Shown here: one piece after another, positions 8,779-17,165 of the stretch
Layout of the letters: each line of letters begins with the position of its first letter
Numbering within the stretch: the first letter of the stretch is position 1
NCBI GenBank assembly: GCA_963934255.1
Contig: CAWVXU010000017.1
Coordinates: forward strand, 1 to 37,728
Origin: an uncultured Fibrobacterales bacterium
GTDB lineage: Bacteria > Fibrobacterota > Fibrobacteria > Fibrobacterales > CAWVXU01
DNA: 37,728 nt
Reading direction: 5' to 3'
Position numbers and translations under genes: made by a program
The notes under the pieces: generated by a model
Database searches by the model: none
What the model was told of the DNA's origin: nothing
What the model saw: only the letters and a program-made list of their open reading frames with translations

Positions 8779-9129
8779 GTTAATTACAGGTGTTGGTATT
8801 ATTAATGACACTCTTTAAGACTATTTACACGGATCCGTTTGATCACAGTTTGCGATTAAGTTAGCTTGAGCTTCTGTAAGGATGCGTTGTCGTCATAGGT
8901 TCTTAACTAAACCTTAGATCCAAAAAGCTATTCTACATAATTAATTACCCACACATCAAGCCCACATTGATCCCATCTTCACAACAGCCAATAAACCACC
9001 CCAGAGTTGTCATCATAGACCCAAGTCATGATATTCATATAAAGTGGGGATTTAAACGTGATTCATATTACCCTGCTCCAAAGGATTCACCCTTGATACA
9101 AGCCTGATCATAACTCGACTTTGAAATAT

Positions 9130-9242
9130 CAGTACTATTCCAAAACGGGTTATAAGGCTGGTGGAATTGGCTTCGTACCACCATTTAAAATAGGATAATT
9201 TAAGCGGAATCTGGGTTCAGACATTTGGACAGGGCAATACCA
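9130..9242 (+). mobile_element. Possible IS3-family right-end scar
   Basis: QYYSKTGYKAGGIGFVPPFKIG* resembles an IS3 C-terminus (YYN..H.GIG..P). It is followed by ...gttcagacatttggacagggcaatacCA, resembling an IS3/IS2 terminal repeat. Confidence 0.3.
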
Positions 9243-9316
9243 ATTATATCATATTGAGTCTATTACAAAATTTTACGCATGTTTCAGGTTGAAAAAAATG
9301 GAGGATTCAGGTCTCA

Positions 9317-10369
9317 TTATATTTTTCCATTAATATTCCACTGAGAAACAAAGTCCCAAATTAGTTGATTCGTATTGGATCCATCAAAATCATTTTCAAA
9401 CCAAACATGGCTCCCTTCAACAATTTTAAAATGCTCTACCAAAATATCACCTTCGCTGTCTGAATATGAATAGTGCTCAATGGTTATTCCATTGTCATCA
9501 AACTCCTCAAAGGTTGGAGTATCGCTTGTCTCATTGAACGTAGTCCAAAAGTTAAGTGTTTCATCAACAGAAGAGAATCCATTTCCTCCATTATAAGGAA
9601 CTACACCATCAGCTGTTCCATGAAGAGCCATTACCGCAATTTTATTCGTAGGGTCGCAGTTTTCTATGTCAATCATTGTACCAGACACCCCTGCCACTGC
9701 AGCAATCTTATTGTTTAAATGACATGCAAGCCCGTATGACATGAAACCACCATTTGAGTACCCACTTGCATAAACTCTATCTGAGTCCACTTGATAGTTT
9801 GAAGCGAGATCATCTATTAATGCACCTATGAATCCTAAGTCGTCAGCACTACTCTTGTTATCTGACGACGGCAAGTTTGCATTCCAATGGGAGCTGCCTT
9901 CTAATAAAGAGCCTTGAGGATAAACCAGAATAAAATTTTTGCTATCTGCTAAAGTACGCATGTTTGCTGAGTTCATATGCTCCTCCATAGTACCTCCGAA
10001 ACCGTGAAAATTAAGCATTAATGGAACATCCACACTTCCATCGTAGGATACGGGGATATAGAGCAAATATTCCCTTGTTTTATTAGCATGAGAAAGTGTA
10101 ACGGTTGATAGTTCCCCTTCACCCGGATCCGAAATCAAACTTGCTTTGTCTTCACTTGTTAACACCCAAGCACCTTGGATACATTCGTAGGTGAAATCAC
10201 TGCTTTCATAACTATCCCCTTCATCACAATCTTTATTATCGACTTCTGAGGTGGTATTTGTGACACTATCTGGTTGGTGATCAGAGGAACAAGAAGCTGT
10301 AAGTATCAGTAGTATCATTAAAGCCGAAAGACTCTTAAGTTTTAAAACCTTGTGTGTACAAATTTTCAT
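9317..10369 (-). CDS. PHB-depolymerase/LpqC-family esterase, lipoprotein
   Basis: Likely start ATG 10369 (MKICTHK) after AAGGGA; lipobox TASC; REYLLYIP, FHGFGG, VYPQG, nucleophile GYSNG, HGTADGVVP, H in GSHVW. Confidence 0.88.
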   Translation of the reverse strand: MKICTHKVLKLKSLSALMILLILTASCSSDHQPDSVTNTTSEVDNKDCDEGDSYESSDFTYECIQGAWVLTSEDKASLISDPGEGELSTVTLSHANKTREYLLYIPVSYDGSVDVPLMLNFHGFGGTMEEHMNSANMRTLADSKNFILVYPQGSLLEGSSHWNANLPSSDNKSSADDLGFIGALIDDLASNYQVDSDRVYASGYSNGGFMSYGLACHLNNKIAAVAGVSGTMIDIENCDPTNKIAVMALHGTADGVVPYNGGNGFSSVDETLNFWTTFNETSDTPTFEEFDDNGITIEHYSYSDSEGDILVEHFKIVEGSHVWFENDFDGSNTNQLIWDFVSQWNINGKI

Positions 10370-10428
10370 ACTTTTTCCCTTTATACACCTTAATATACAG
10401 TGTGAATAACTGTTGAACAACTTTTAGT

Positions 10429-10450
10429 TAGACTTCCCCCGATTTAGTAT
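10429..10450. mobile_element. Possible IS3-family terminal inverted-repeat scar
   Basis: TAGACTTCCCCCGATTTAGTAT resembles IS2/IS3-type ends; no adjacent transposase. Confidence 0.25.
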
Positions 10451-10754
10451 GTATACCATGTCTATCGATGACGCAGGTGAAACTATCTTACCCTGCACCA
10501 AAGAAGTACCCTAGTTGTTCACCTTCTCCAAATGACGCCAAACCAAATCCATCAACATACCAGTCGCAATGCCTTTTTTTATGTAAATCTGCATACCAAA
10601 ACGACGCCACCACACCAATAAATAAACACCATTGATCACAGTGAATACCACTAAAAGAGGCGTTAATTAAAAGTTAGAGGATATTCCCACAAAAGTTCCC
10701 AGTAATTCCCGGACTTTCGTCCTTATATTCAGTTGGAAATTTCAGTAGAAAAAG

Positions 10755-10790
10755 AAAAACCCTTGATTCTAGAGTAGAATTAAGGGTTTT
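10755..10790 (-). terminator. Terminator after the duplicated tRNA 3' end
   Basis: aaaacccttgattct-agagt-agaattaagggtttt inverted repeat. Confidence 0.75.
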
Positions 10791-10791
10791 A

Positions 10792-10992
10792 ATATAGCGG
10801 GGACAGGATTGCATTGCCACTTTCCAGTGGCAATGGCTCGCGAAGAAGTCTTTGTAGAAGCTGCTCACAGTGAACCTGTGTCGCTAAAGGATATAGGTGA
10901 GCCAGAGTTTTACTAAATGGATAGATTATCGTCGGAATTAGATCAGTGATCTGTTCCCGCGACGGACAGGTGCAAAACTCGGACACGGATAT
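10792..10992 (-). repeat. tRNA-linked (RtT-like) element, complete copy 1
   Basis: 10792-10810 equals 11031-11049 and 10871-10880 equals 11050-11059 (the tRNA T-arm/3' end plus 3 trailer nt), separated by a 60-nt insert. Arms 10845-10887 and 10948-10992 are homologous to 37100-37142 and 37202-37246. Confidence 0.85.
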
Positions 10993-11030
10993 AAAAAAAG
11001 CACCATCAACGAATTGATAGTGCTTTTTTT
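10993..11030 (-). terminator. Bidirectional-type terminator after tRNA-fMet 1
   Basis: A7-gcactatcaa-TTCG-ttgatggtgc-T7 on the minus strand. Confidence 0.85.
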
Positions 11031-11033
11031 ATA

Positions 11034-11107
<74 letters not shown>

Positions 11108-11117
11108 TCAGTGGTAA

Positions 11118-11148
11118 CATATTTAGAAAGATGCAATAAGTTGTCAAG
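11118..11148 (-). promoter_or_regulatory. Sigma70-type promoter for tRNA-fMet 1
   Basis: TTGACA (11148-11143) then an AT-rich TAAATAT 16 nt downstream. Confidence 0.55.
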
Positions 11149-11177
11149 CCTTCTTGTAGGTTTTTTATATTTAGTTC

Positions 11178-11669
11178 ATGAAATATTCTATTAAAAACTC
11201 AAACAGTTCCGATTCTTTATGGTGTTTCCAAGCTCCACGTACTTTAAGCGATGCTGAGGCCACTCGAGTGGACAAATCTCTGACTAAATTCATTGACTCG
11301 TGGGAGTCTCATGGAACCCCTGTTCAAGCACAATTTTCGATTTTTGATTCTCAATTCGTTATCGTCACATCAGATGCAGAGTCAGATGTATCAGGTTGCT
11401 CCAAAGACAGCTTGTTTAGTGTGATGAAGGATTTATTATTTAAGACGGGCTTAGACTTTTTGGACAAAACGATTGTGACTTATCAAGAGCCTTCAACCAA
11501 CAAAGTAATTAGCGTCAATCGGGATCAATTTCGCCAAGCGGTAAAAGATGGGCTCATTACAAAGTCTACGTTGGTTTTTGATACAACGATATCTTCAGCC
11601 AATGACCTGTTAGAGGCGAAATTTCTCAAGCCACTCAGCGAATCTTGGCATAAGGATGCTTTTCTTTAA
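11178..11669 (+). CDS. Conserved hypothetical protein (FCB-group family with W-x-x-H-G and SGCS motifs)
   Basis: LWCFQAPR..FIDSWESHG..VSGCSKD..VFD..SWH pattern matches a widespread Bacteroidota family often mislabelled 'ABC transporter ATPase'; no Walker A motif. Confidence 0.7.
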   Translation: MKYSIKNSNSSDSLWCFQAPRTLSDAEATRVDKSLTKFIDSWESHGTPVQAQFSIFDSQFVIVTSDAESDVSGCSKDSLFSVMKDLLFKTGLDFLDKTIVTYQEPSTNKVISVNRDQFRQAVKDGLITKSTLVFDTTISSANDLLEAKFLKPLSESWHKDAFL

Positions 11670-11733
11670 ATTTTACTTGCCGTTTGTGTTTTGAAAATTT
11701 ATATATGTCTATATAGCATAGGGACTTAGCAAA

Positions 11734-12045
11734 TTGTCAAACGTAACTAAAAAAGACATCGTAGAAGAGATATCTCTACGTACAGGGATGACCCAGGTTG
11801 ATACTAAGGTTGTCGTTGAATGTTTTTTAGATGCTATATCTAAGTCTTTGGTTCAGGGCCGCAATATCGAGATTAGAGGTTTTGGTCGTTTTAAGATTCG
11901 TGAAAAGAAGGCGCGACGTGCACGTAACCCACGCACAGGTGAGCCAGTAGAAGTTGAAGCAGGCGTCAAGCCCGTCTTTGAAGCTTCCAAAGAACTTAAA
12001 ACATTCCTCAATGATTACAAATCTCCGAAAGACAACTCACAATGA
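11734..12045 (+). CDS. HU/IHF-family histone-like DNA-binding protein
   Basis: TKKDIV..IEIRGFGRF..ARNPRTGE..PVFEASKELK. Confidence 0.95.
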   Translation: MSNVTKKDIVEEISLRTGMTQVDTKVVVECFLDAISKSLVQGRNIEIRGFGRFKIREKKARRARNPRTGEPVEVEAGVKPVFEASKELKTFLNDYKSPKDNSQ

Positions 12046-12530
12046 GTAAATCAAAGGGTAATGTCCCCGATCAAGTCGGCCGACCTACTATCCAAAATCG
12101 CAAAGCCCGTCATAATTTTCAAATCCTTGAGACTTTAGAAGTTGGCATCCAACTCACCGGCACTGAGATCAAGAGTATTCGCGAGGGCAACATTCAATTA
12201 AGTGAAGCTTACGTTGAGGTGACTCCTCAATTTGAACTCTTTTTGATGGGTGCTCACATCGATGAATACTCACAAGGTAATCGTTTTAATCACGAGCCTG
12301 CTCGTAAGCGTAAACTCTTAGCTCATCGCGCTGAAATCATCAAATTTCACAAAGCCAAAGTCCTGAAGGGACTCACCATCGTCCCACTTAAATTGTATTT
12401 TAAAGGCAGTTATGCGAAACTTGAAATTGGATTAGCAAAAGGCAAAAACGTTGGCGACAAAAGACAAGACCTTATTCAGAAAACTCAAAAACGAGAAATT
12501 GATCGAGCAATTAAAGCAGCTAGATTTTAG
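12042..12530 (+). CDS. smpB: SsrA-binding protein
   Basis: NRKARHNF..EVGIQLTGTEIKSIR..RKRKLLAHR..GLTIVPLKLYF..DKR. Confidence 0.97.
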   Translation: MSKSKGNVPDQVGRPTIQNRKARHNFQILETLEVGIQLTGTEIKSIREGNIQLSEAYVEVTPQFELFLMGAHIDEYSQGNRFNHEPARKRKLLAHRAEIIKFHKAKVLKGLTIVPLKLYFKGSYAKLEIGLAKGKNVGDKRQDLIQKTQKREIDRAIKAARF

Positions 12531-12531
12531 C

Positions 12532-13941
12532 ATGTTTTCCACCTTTGTCAAATACACGAATATTTGGTTTTTCTGCATACTCACATTTTTTATACCTCAA
12601 AGCATCTCTGCTCAATTAATCCCTCTTGATGATGCTATTAAAAACTCAACCTATAGTTGGGATGAGTCCGCTCAAGAAATTTCACTTAAGTTAAGTGATC
12701 AATCCTCTTTAGTCTTTGTTCGTGATATCAAACAAGCCTACTCCCCTAGTCATAAAAAATCATACAACTTAGTTCAGCCACTCTCTTGGTCCAAAGGGCG
12801 TTTGTGGATAGACCTAGTTGATCTCACCAAGACTCTCAAATCTCATAGTCTAGCAACAGGTAAATCCTATAAGGTTTCAGAGATTGAAATTTCCAATAAA
12901 CTTGAAGATATCCAAAGAGAAGTTCATAAAGACAAGACCACTTACACGATGAAGTTTTCTCAAAAGACCGACTATCAATTCGCTCAAACTGGTAATATAT
13001 TTACACTCACTTTATCACAGCCAGTGGAAATCATCGGTGATTTTAATAGCACCTATAAGACAGGCCAAATTCGAAATATCAAGTTATTAAAGAAGGGGTT
13101 AAAAACTTCTCTGTCATGGGAAGTCAATCACTTGGTTGGTCTATCTGATAATATACCTACCAATGACTCTACCAATATTGTAGTTCATTTCTACAGACCG
13201 GGTAAAAGCCCCCAAGAGCTTGGGAACAGTTTGCAATCAACTAAAAGAAAAATTAAAACGATCATCGTCGATGCAGGACACGGAGGTAAAGATGCCGGAG
13301 CGGTCGGTAAAAAAACCAACGAAAAATCAATTACTTTAAAAGTCGCCAAAGAGTTAAAAAAAACTTTAACTAAAGCAGGATACAAAGCCAAGCTTACTCG
13401 TAGTAATGATAAATTTCTCACTCTGAATCAAAGGTCTACTTTAGCTAATAAATGGCAGGGTGATCTTTTTCTTTCACTTCATTGCAATGCTATCGGAGGC
13501 ACAGCCTCGAAGAAAAAAAAAATAAAAGGTTTTAAAATTTTCATCCTCAGGGAAGCTTCTGATGATGATGACAAAGAACTCGCCAAAAGAGAAAACAAAT
13601 ACATTAAAGAAAATATTACCACGTCCAAATCTATCTCTTTTGTTGAATGGATAAAGTTAGAGCATCAGCTCAATCTTTACACCAAACAATCTGAAGAATT
13701 TGCTTCATATATTGTACGTCAATTTGAATTTGACCAATCTAAGATCCGCAAGCATGGTTCAGGTGCTGGGCAGGCAGGGTTTTATGTTTTAGTCGGTACA
13801 TTTATGCCAGCTGTACTTGTAGAAATGGGCTTTATATCAAACACAGCTGATGAAAAATATATGAATTCATCCAAAGGACAAAAAGCCATAGCCAATCGTA
13901 TCACTCAAGCTATTGTCGCCTATGACAAAAGTCTTCAATAA
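12532..13941 (+). CDS. N-acetylmuramoyl-L-alanine amidase (Amidase_3)
   Basis: Likely start ATG 12532 just after the smpB stop; signal peptide; IIVDAGHGGKDAGA, EK, SLHCN, VLVEMGF. Confidence 0.92.
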   Translation: MFSTFVKYTNIWFFCILTFFIPQSISAQLIPLDDAIKNSTYSWDESAQEISLKLSDQSSLVFVRDIKQAYSPSHKKSYNLVQPLSWSKGRLWIDLVDLTKTLKSHSLATGKSYKVSEIEISNKLEDIQREVHKDKTTYTMKFSQKTDYQFAQTGNIFTLTLSQPVEIIGDFNSTYKTGQIRNIKLLKKGLKTSLSWEVNHLVGLSDNIPTNDSTNIVVHFYRPGKSPQELGNSLQSTKRKIKTIIVDAGHGGKDAGAVGKKTNEKSITLKVAKELKKTLTKAGYKAKLTRSNDKFLTLNQRSTLANKWQGDLFLSLHCNAIGGTASKKKKIKGFKIFILREASDDDDKELAKRENKYIKENITTSKSISFVEWIKLEHQLNLYTKQSEEFASYIVRQFEFDQSKIRKHGSGAGQAGFYVLVGTFMPAVLVEMGFISNTADEKYMNSSKGQKAIANRITQAIVAYDKSLQ

Positions 13942-13963
13942 TAAAGATTGAGGAGCTTTATTC

Positions 13964-14707
13964 ATGGCAGGTCATTCGAAATGGGCAAATACCAAGCACA
14001 AAAAAGCGCGTAATGATTCGCTCCGGCAAAAACTATGGGAAAAACTGTTAAGAGAAGTTTCGGTTGCAGCCAAACTAGGTGGCGAAGATTTTGATGCTAA
14101 CCCGCGTCTTCGCGCAGCCCATGCCAAAGCTAAGTCCAATTCAGTCCCAATCAAAAACTTAGACAATGCTATTACTAAAGCAATCGGAAATCAAAATACA
14201 GAGCAATTAGACGAACTTATTTACGAAGGCTATGGCCCGGGTGGTGCAGCTTATATTGTTACAACACTGACTGACAATGTCAACCGGACCGTCGCAGATG
14301 TAAGAACAACTTTCTCCAAATTTGGAGGTAGTATCGGAACAACAGGGTCAGTGTCTTGGGACTTTAAGAAGTGTGGATTTTTCCATATTGATCTCAACCA
14401 GGTAAGTGAAGAAGAACTCTTTGATCTTCTTATTGAAACTGGTGTTGAAGATATCGCCGTGCTAGAAGATGTCTACGAAGTCATCACCACGCCTGAAGAT
14501 TTTATTGAGGTTCTTAAAATTTTAGAAGCACATTCCATACACCTAATGAGCTCTGAGCTAAGTTATATTTCTAACAACAACATTAAAGTCAACTTTGATG
14601 ACGCTCAACTCAATATGAAAATTATTAACAAATTTGATGAGCATTTGGATATTCAAGAAGTTCACCATAATATTGATTTTAGTCATGCTAGGATAGGAGA
14701 TTCATGA
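13964..14707 (+). CDS. yebC: YebC/PmpR-family protein
   Basis: MAGHSKWAN, NPRLR, YEGYGPGG, TDNVNRT; SD GAGGAG. Confidence 0.96.
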   Translation: MAGHSKWANTKHKKARNDSLRQKLWEKLLREVSVAAKLGGEDFDANPRLRAAHAKAKSNSVPIKNLDNAITKAIGNQNTEQLDELIYEGYGPGGAAYIVTTLTDNVNRTVADVRTTFSKFGGSIGTTGSVSWDFKKCGFFHIDLNQVSEEELFDLLIETGVEDIAVLEDVYEVITTPEDFIEVLKILEAHSIHLMSSELSYISNNNIKVNFDDAQLNMKIINKFDEHLDIQEVHHNIDFSHARIGDS

Positions 14708-15189
14708 TAATATTAGGAATTGACCCTGGCTCACATGTGACCGGCTACGCCTTCATTGAAAAGATAGACCGCAAATTAAAAGTACTTGAATATGGCGTCA
14801 TCAGATGTAAACCCAAAGACACTTTGCCTTTGAGACTCAAACACCTCTGCAGTACTCTGCGTGAATTATTAACTATTCACGAACCTCAAGTCTTAAGTAT
14901 TGAAAATGTGTTCTTTTCAGTCAACGCCAAATCAGCACTGATACTCGGCCAAGCCCGTGGCGCCATCCTTGCAACATGCATGGAAAAAGATGTTTTTGTC
15001 AAAGAGTATAGCCCCAAAGAAATCAAACAATTTGCGGTTGGGCGTGGATCTGCATCCAAAGAACAAGTCGCTTGGATGATGCAAAAACATTACCAACTTA
15101 AAGAAATTCCTAAGCCGCATGATGCATCAGATGCACTTGCTGCTGCGTGGGCATGTCACAATGACCCTTTACTGAAAGATGAATTATGA
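14704..15189 (+). CDS. ruvC: Holliday junction resolvase
   Basis: ILGIDPG, IENVF, LGQARG, GRGSASKEQV, DASDALA. Confidence 0.97.
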   Translation: MIILGIDPGSHVTGYAFIEKIDRKLKVLEYGVIRCKPKDTLPLRLKHLCSTLRELLTIHEPQVLSIENVFFSVNAKSALILGQARGAILATCMEKDVFVKEYSPKEIKQFAVGRGSASKEQVAWMMQKHYQLKEIPKPHDASDALAAAWACHNDPLLKDEL

Positions 15190-15767
15190 TTGAAATGTTA
15201 ACAGGTAAAATCCTCAACCACTCCCCTACTCTTGTTGTACTTGATGTCCTAGGAGTTGGATATGGCATCCATATGTCTCTTAAAGGCTCACTTGGTTTAA
15301 TTGTGGGGCAGCAGATTAGTCTTCACACTTTTTTGAGTGTCAAAGAAGACAGCTTAACTTTATTTGGATTTCAAGACCCATCTGAAAAATCAATTTTCCT
15401 TAAACTCATTGGAGTCAATGGCATAGGCCCAAAACTAGCCCAACGTATCCTCAGTGAGACAACACCAGCGGACATAGTTAATCTTGTCCTCAGAGAAGAT
15501 GAAACAGGCTTGACGAAGCTTAAAGGTGTTGGTAAGAAGACTGCAGGCCTCCTTATCTTACATCTCAAATCAAAAGTTCAAGGATTACTCTTAACTGATA
15601 ATTCTATTCCAATAAACCCTATTCTTCTTGACGCAATCTCAGCACTTTGTTCACTTGGCTTAAAAGAACCTACCGCCAAAAAAGCTGTAGAAAAAGCAAT
15701 GAAAAAGTCGGATTCTGCTAAAATGAATCTTTCCACAATTATAACTGAGGCTTTGAAATTTTCATGA
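15186..15767 (+). CDS. ruvA: Holliday junction DNA-binding subunit
   Basis: DVLGVGY, LFGF, VNGIGPKLA, KGVGKKTA. Confidence 0.96.
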   Translation: MIEMLTGKILNHSPTLVVLDVLGVGYGIHMSLKGSLGLIVGQQISLHTFLSVKEDSLTLFGFQDPSEKSIFLKLIGVNGIGPKLAQRILSETTPADIVNLVLREDETGLTKLKGVGKKTAGLLILHLKSKVQGLLLTDNSIPINPILLDAISALCSLGLKEPTAKKAVEKAMKKSDSAKMNLSTIITEALKFS

Positions 15768-16786
15768 GTGATAGAATGATTGCCCCCGACCAATTTGGTG
15801 ATGACAAAGACCAAGAACGATCTCTTCGACCCAAATCACTCAATGATTTTGTTGGACAAGAAAAGATTAAAGAAAATTTAAGTATTGCCATTGAAGCCGC
15901 AAGTCATCGTAACGAAAGCCTTGATCATGCACTTTTTGCAGGCCCTCCAGGGCTCGGAAAGACGACACTCGCCAATATCATTGCCTCTGAGATGGATTCA
16001 CATCTTCATATCACTTCAGGCCCGATTTTGGACAAGCCATCGGATCTAGCGGGACTTCTGACCAGCCTTGAAGAGGGTGACGTATTATTTATCGATGAAA
16101 TTCATCGCCTAAGTCGTACGGTTGAAGAATATCTTTATTCGGCAATGGAAGATTATCGTCTTGATATCATGCTAGAAAGTGGTCCCACCGCCAAATCAAT
16201 TAATCTTCCGATTCAACCATTTACACTAGTTGGGGCAACAACTCGCGCAGGTATGTTAAGCGCTCCTCTGCGTGATCGCTTTGGTTTACAATTTCGCCTT
16301 GAGCATTATGAAATAAAAGAAATTAACCAGATCATTCATAGATCAGCTGACCTTCTAGAAATTAAAATGACTGATGAGGCTGCGGATATCCTTTGTGGAC
16401 GTTGCCGTGGAACTCCTCGTATTGCCAACCGAATTTTACGCCGTTGCCGTGATGTAGCTCAAGTCAGAGGCGAGGGATTTATTGACAAAAAAGTAGCTGA
16501 ACGTACTCTCGAAATGATTGGTATCGACCCTTATGGCCTAGATGAAATGGATCGCCGTATACTCAAGTGTATTGCCCATCAATTCAATGGTGGACCAGTA
16601 GGACTAGGGACGCTTGGGAGCGCATTAGATGAGGAGAGTGAAACTATTGAAGAAGTCTATGAGCCTTATTTGATTCAAAATGGATTTTTAAAAAGAACAT
16701 CTAAAGGTAGAATGGCCACTACGAAGACATTTGACCTGCTTAACCTCAAACTACCTCACACGGGATGGCAAGAAGAGCTATTCTAA
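15764..16786 (+). CDS. ruvB: Holliday junction branch-migration helicase
   Basis: LRPKSL, GPPGLGKTT, FIDEIHR, GATTRAG, RGTPRIANR. Confidence 0.98.
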   Translation: MSDRMIAPDQFGDDKDQERSLRPKSLNDFVGQEKIKENLSIAIEAASHRNESLDHALFAGPPGLGKTTLANIIASEMDSHLHITSGPILDKPSDLAGLLTSLEEGDVLFIDEIHRLSRTVEEYLYSAMEDYRLDIMLESGPTAKSINLPIQPFTLVGATTRAGMLSAPLRDRFGLQFRLEHYEIKEINQIIHRSADLLEIKMTDEAADILCGRCRGTPRIANRILRRCRDVAQVRGEGFIDKKVAERTLEMIGIDPYGLDEMDRRILKCIAHQFNGGPVGLGTLGSALDEESETIEEVYEPYLIQNGFLKRTSKGRMATTKTFDLLNLKLPHTGWQEELF

Positions 16787-16787
16787 A

Positions 16788-17093
16788 CTAATTCGATTGG
16801 CTTTCTTGAAAATTAATTTTTTCTAACTCTTCACGCTGTTTCTCGCGAGCCACATCAGAGCTGTCAATCATCTTTTCAAGTTTTGCCTCTAAGCGCTTGA
16901 CCACAATTAAAAGAACAAAGATTACTCCAGCAATTCCGATCATTGACCACTGAATCAACTCGCCATATTCCTCAATCAATGGCCCTTGGAGGTTCTCTTT
17001 TAAAAGAGCAAATCCAACAAGGCTAAAGAGCAACAGCAAGGAAAACTTGCGAAGAGGATGAATATTACCAGGAATTCTAGGAGTGATTTTCAC
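16788..17093 (-). CDS. Hypothetical membrane protein (2 TM)
   Basis: Two hydrophobic segments and a charged C-terminal tail; fills the intergenic gap. Confidence 0.6.
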   Translation of the reverse strand: MKITPRIPGNIHPLRKFSLLLLFSLVGFALLKENLQGPLIEEYGELIQWSMIGIAGVIFVLLIVVKRLEAKLEKMIDSSDVAREKQREELEKINFQESQSN

Positions 17094-17165
17094 ATTATTC
17101 TCGTGTTTATATGGTATTCTACTTAAGAAATTAATAAAATGAATAGAACTCCTGAGGATTTTATT

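Noticed and set aside
8886..9120. REP-like repeats (gttgtc(g/a)tcatag at about 8886 and 9006)
   Set aside because: Only a 13-nt near-match with no convincing palindrome.
10700..10745. Hammerhead ribozyme or RNase P RNA (minus strand GGACGAAAGTCCGGG)
   Set aside because: The CUGANGA...GAAA core spacing and the other RNase P conserved regions are absent.
10792..10962. tmRNA (smpB is nearby) or an intron-containing tRNA
   Set aside because: No GGGG 5' end, G3-U70 pair or tag ORF; no D or anticodon arm; a 60-nt insert is too short for a group I intron.
10674..10986. Short ORFs 10674-10868 and 10789-10986, and 36916-37482 ORFs (shared LATxVHCExxLQRL peptide)
   Set aside because: They overlap the repeat element, tRNA or IS relic. 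The shared peptide follows from DNA homology and the starts differ; coding is unsupported though not strictly excluded.
10845..10992. CRISPR array
   Set aside because: Only one unit per locus, two different arms rather than tandem identical repeats, and no cas genes.
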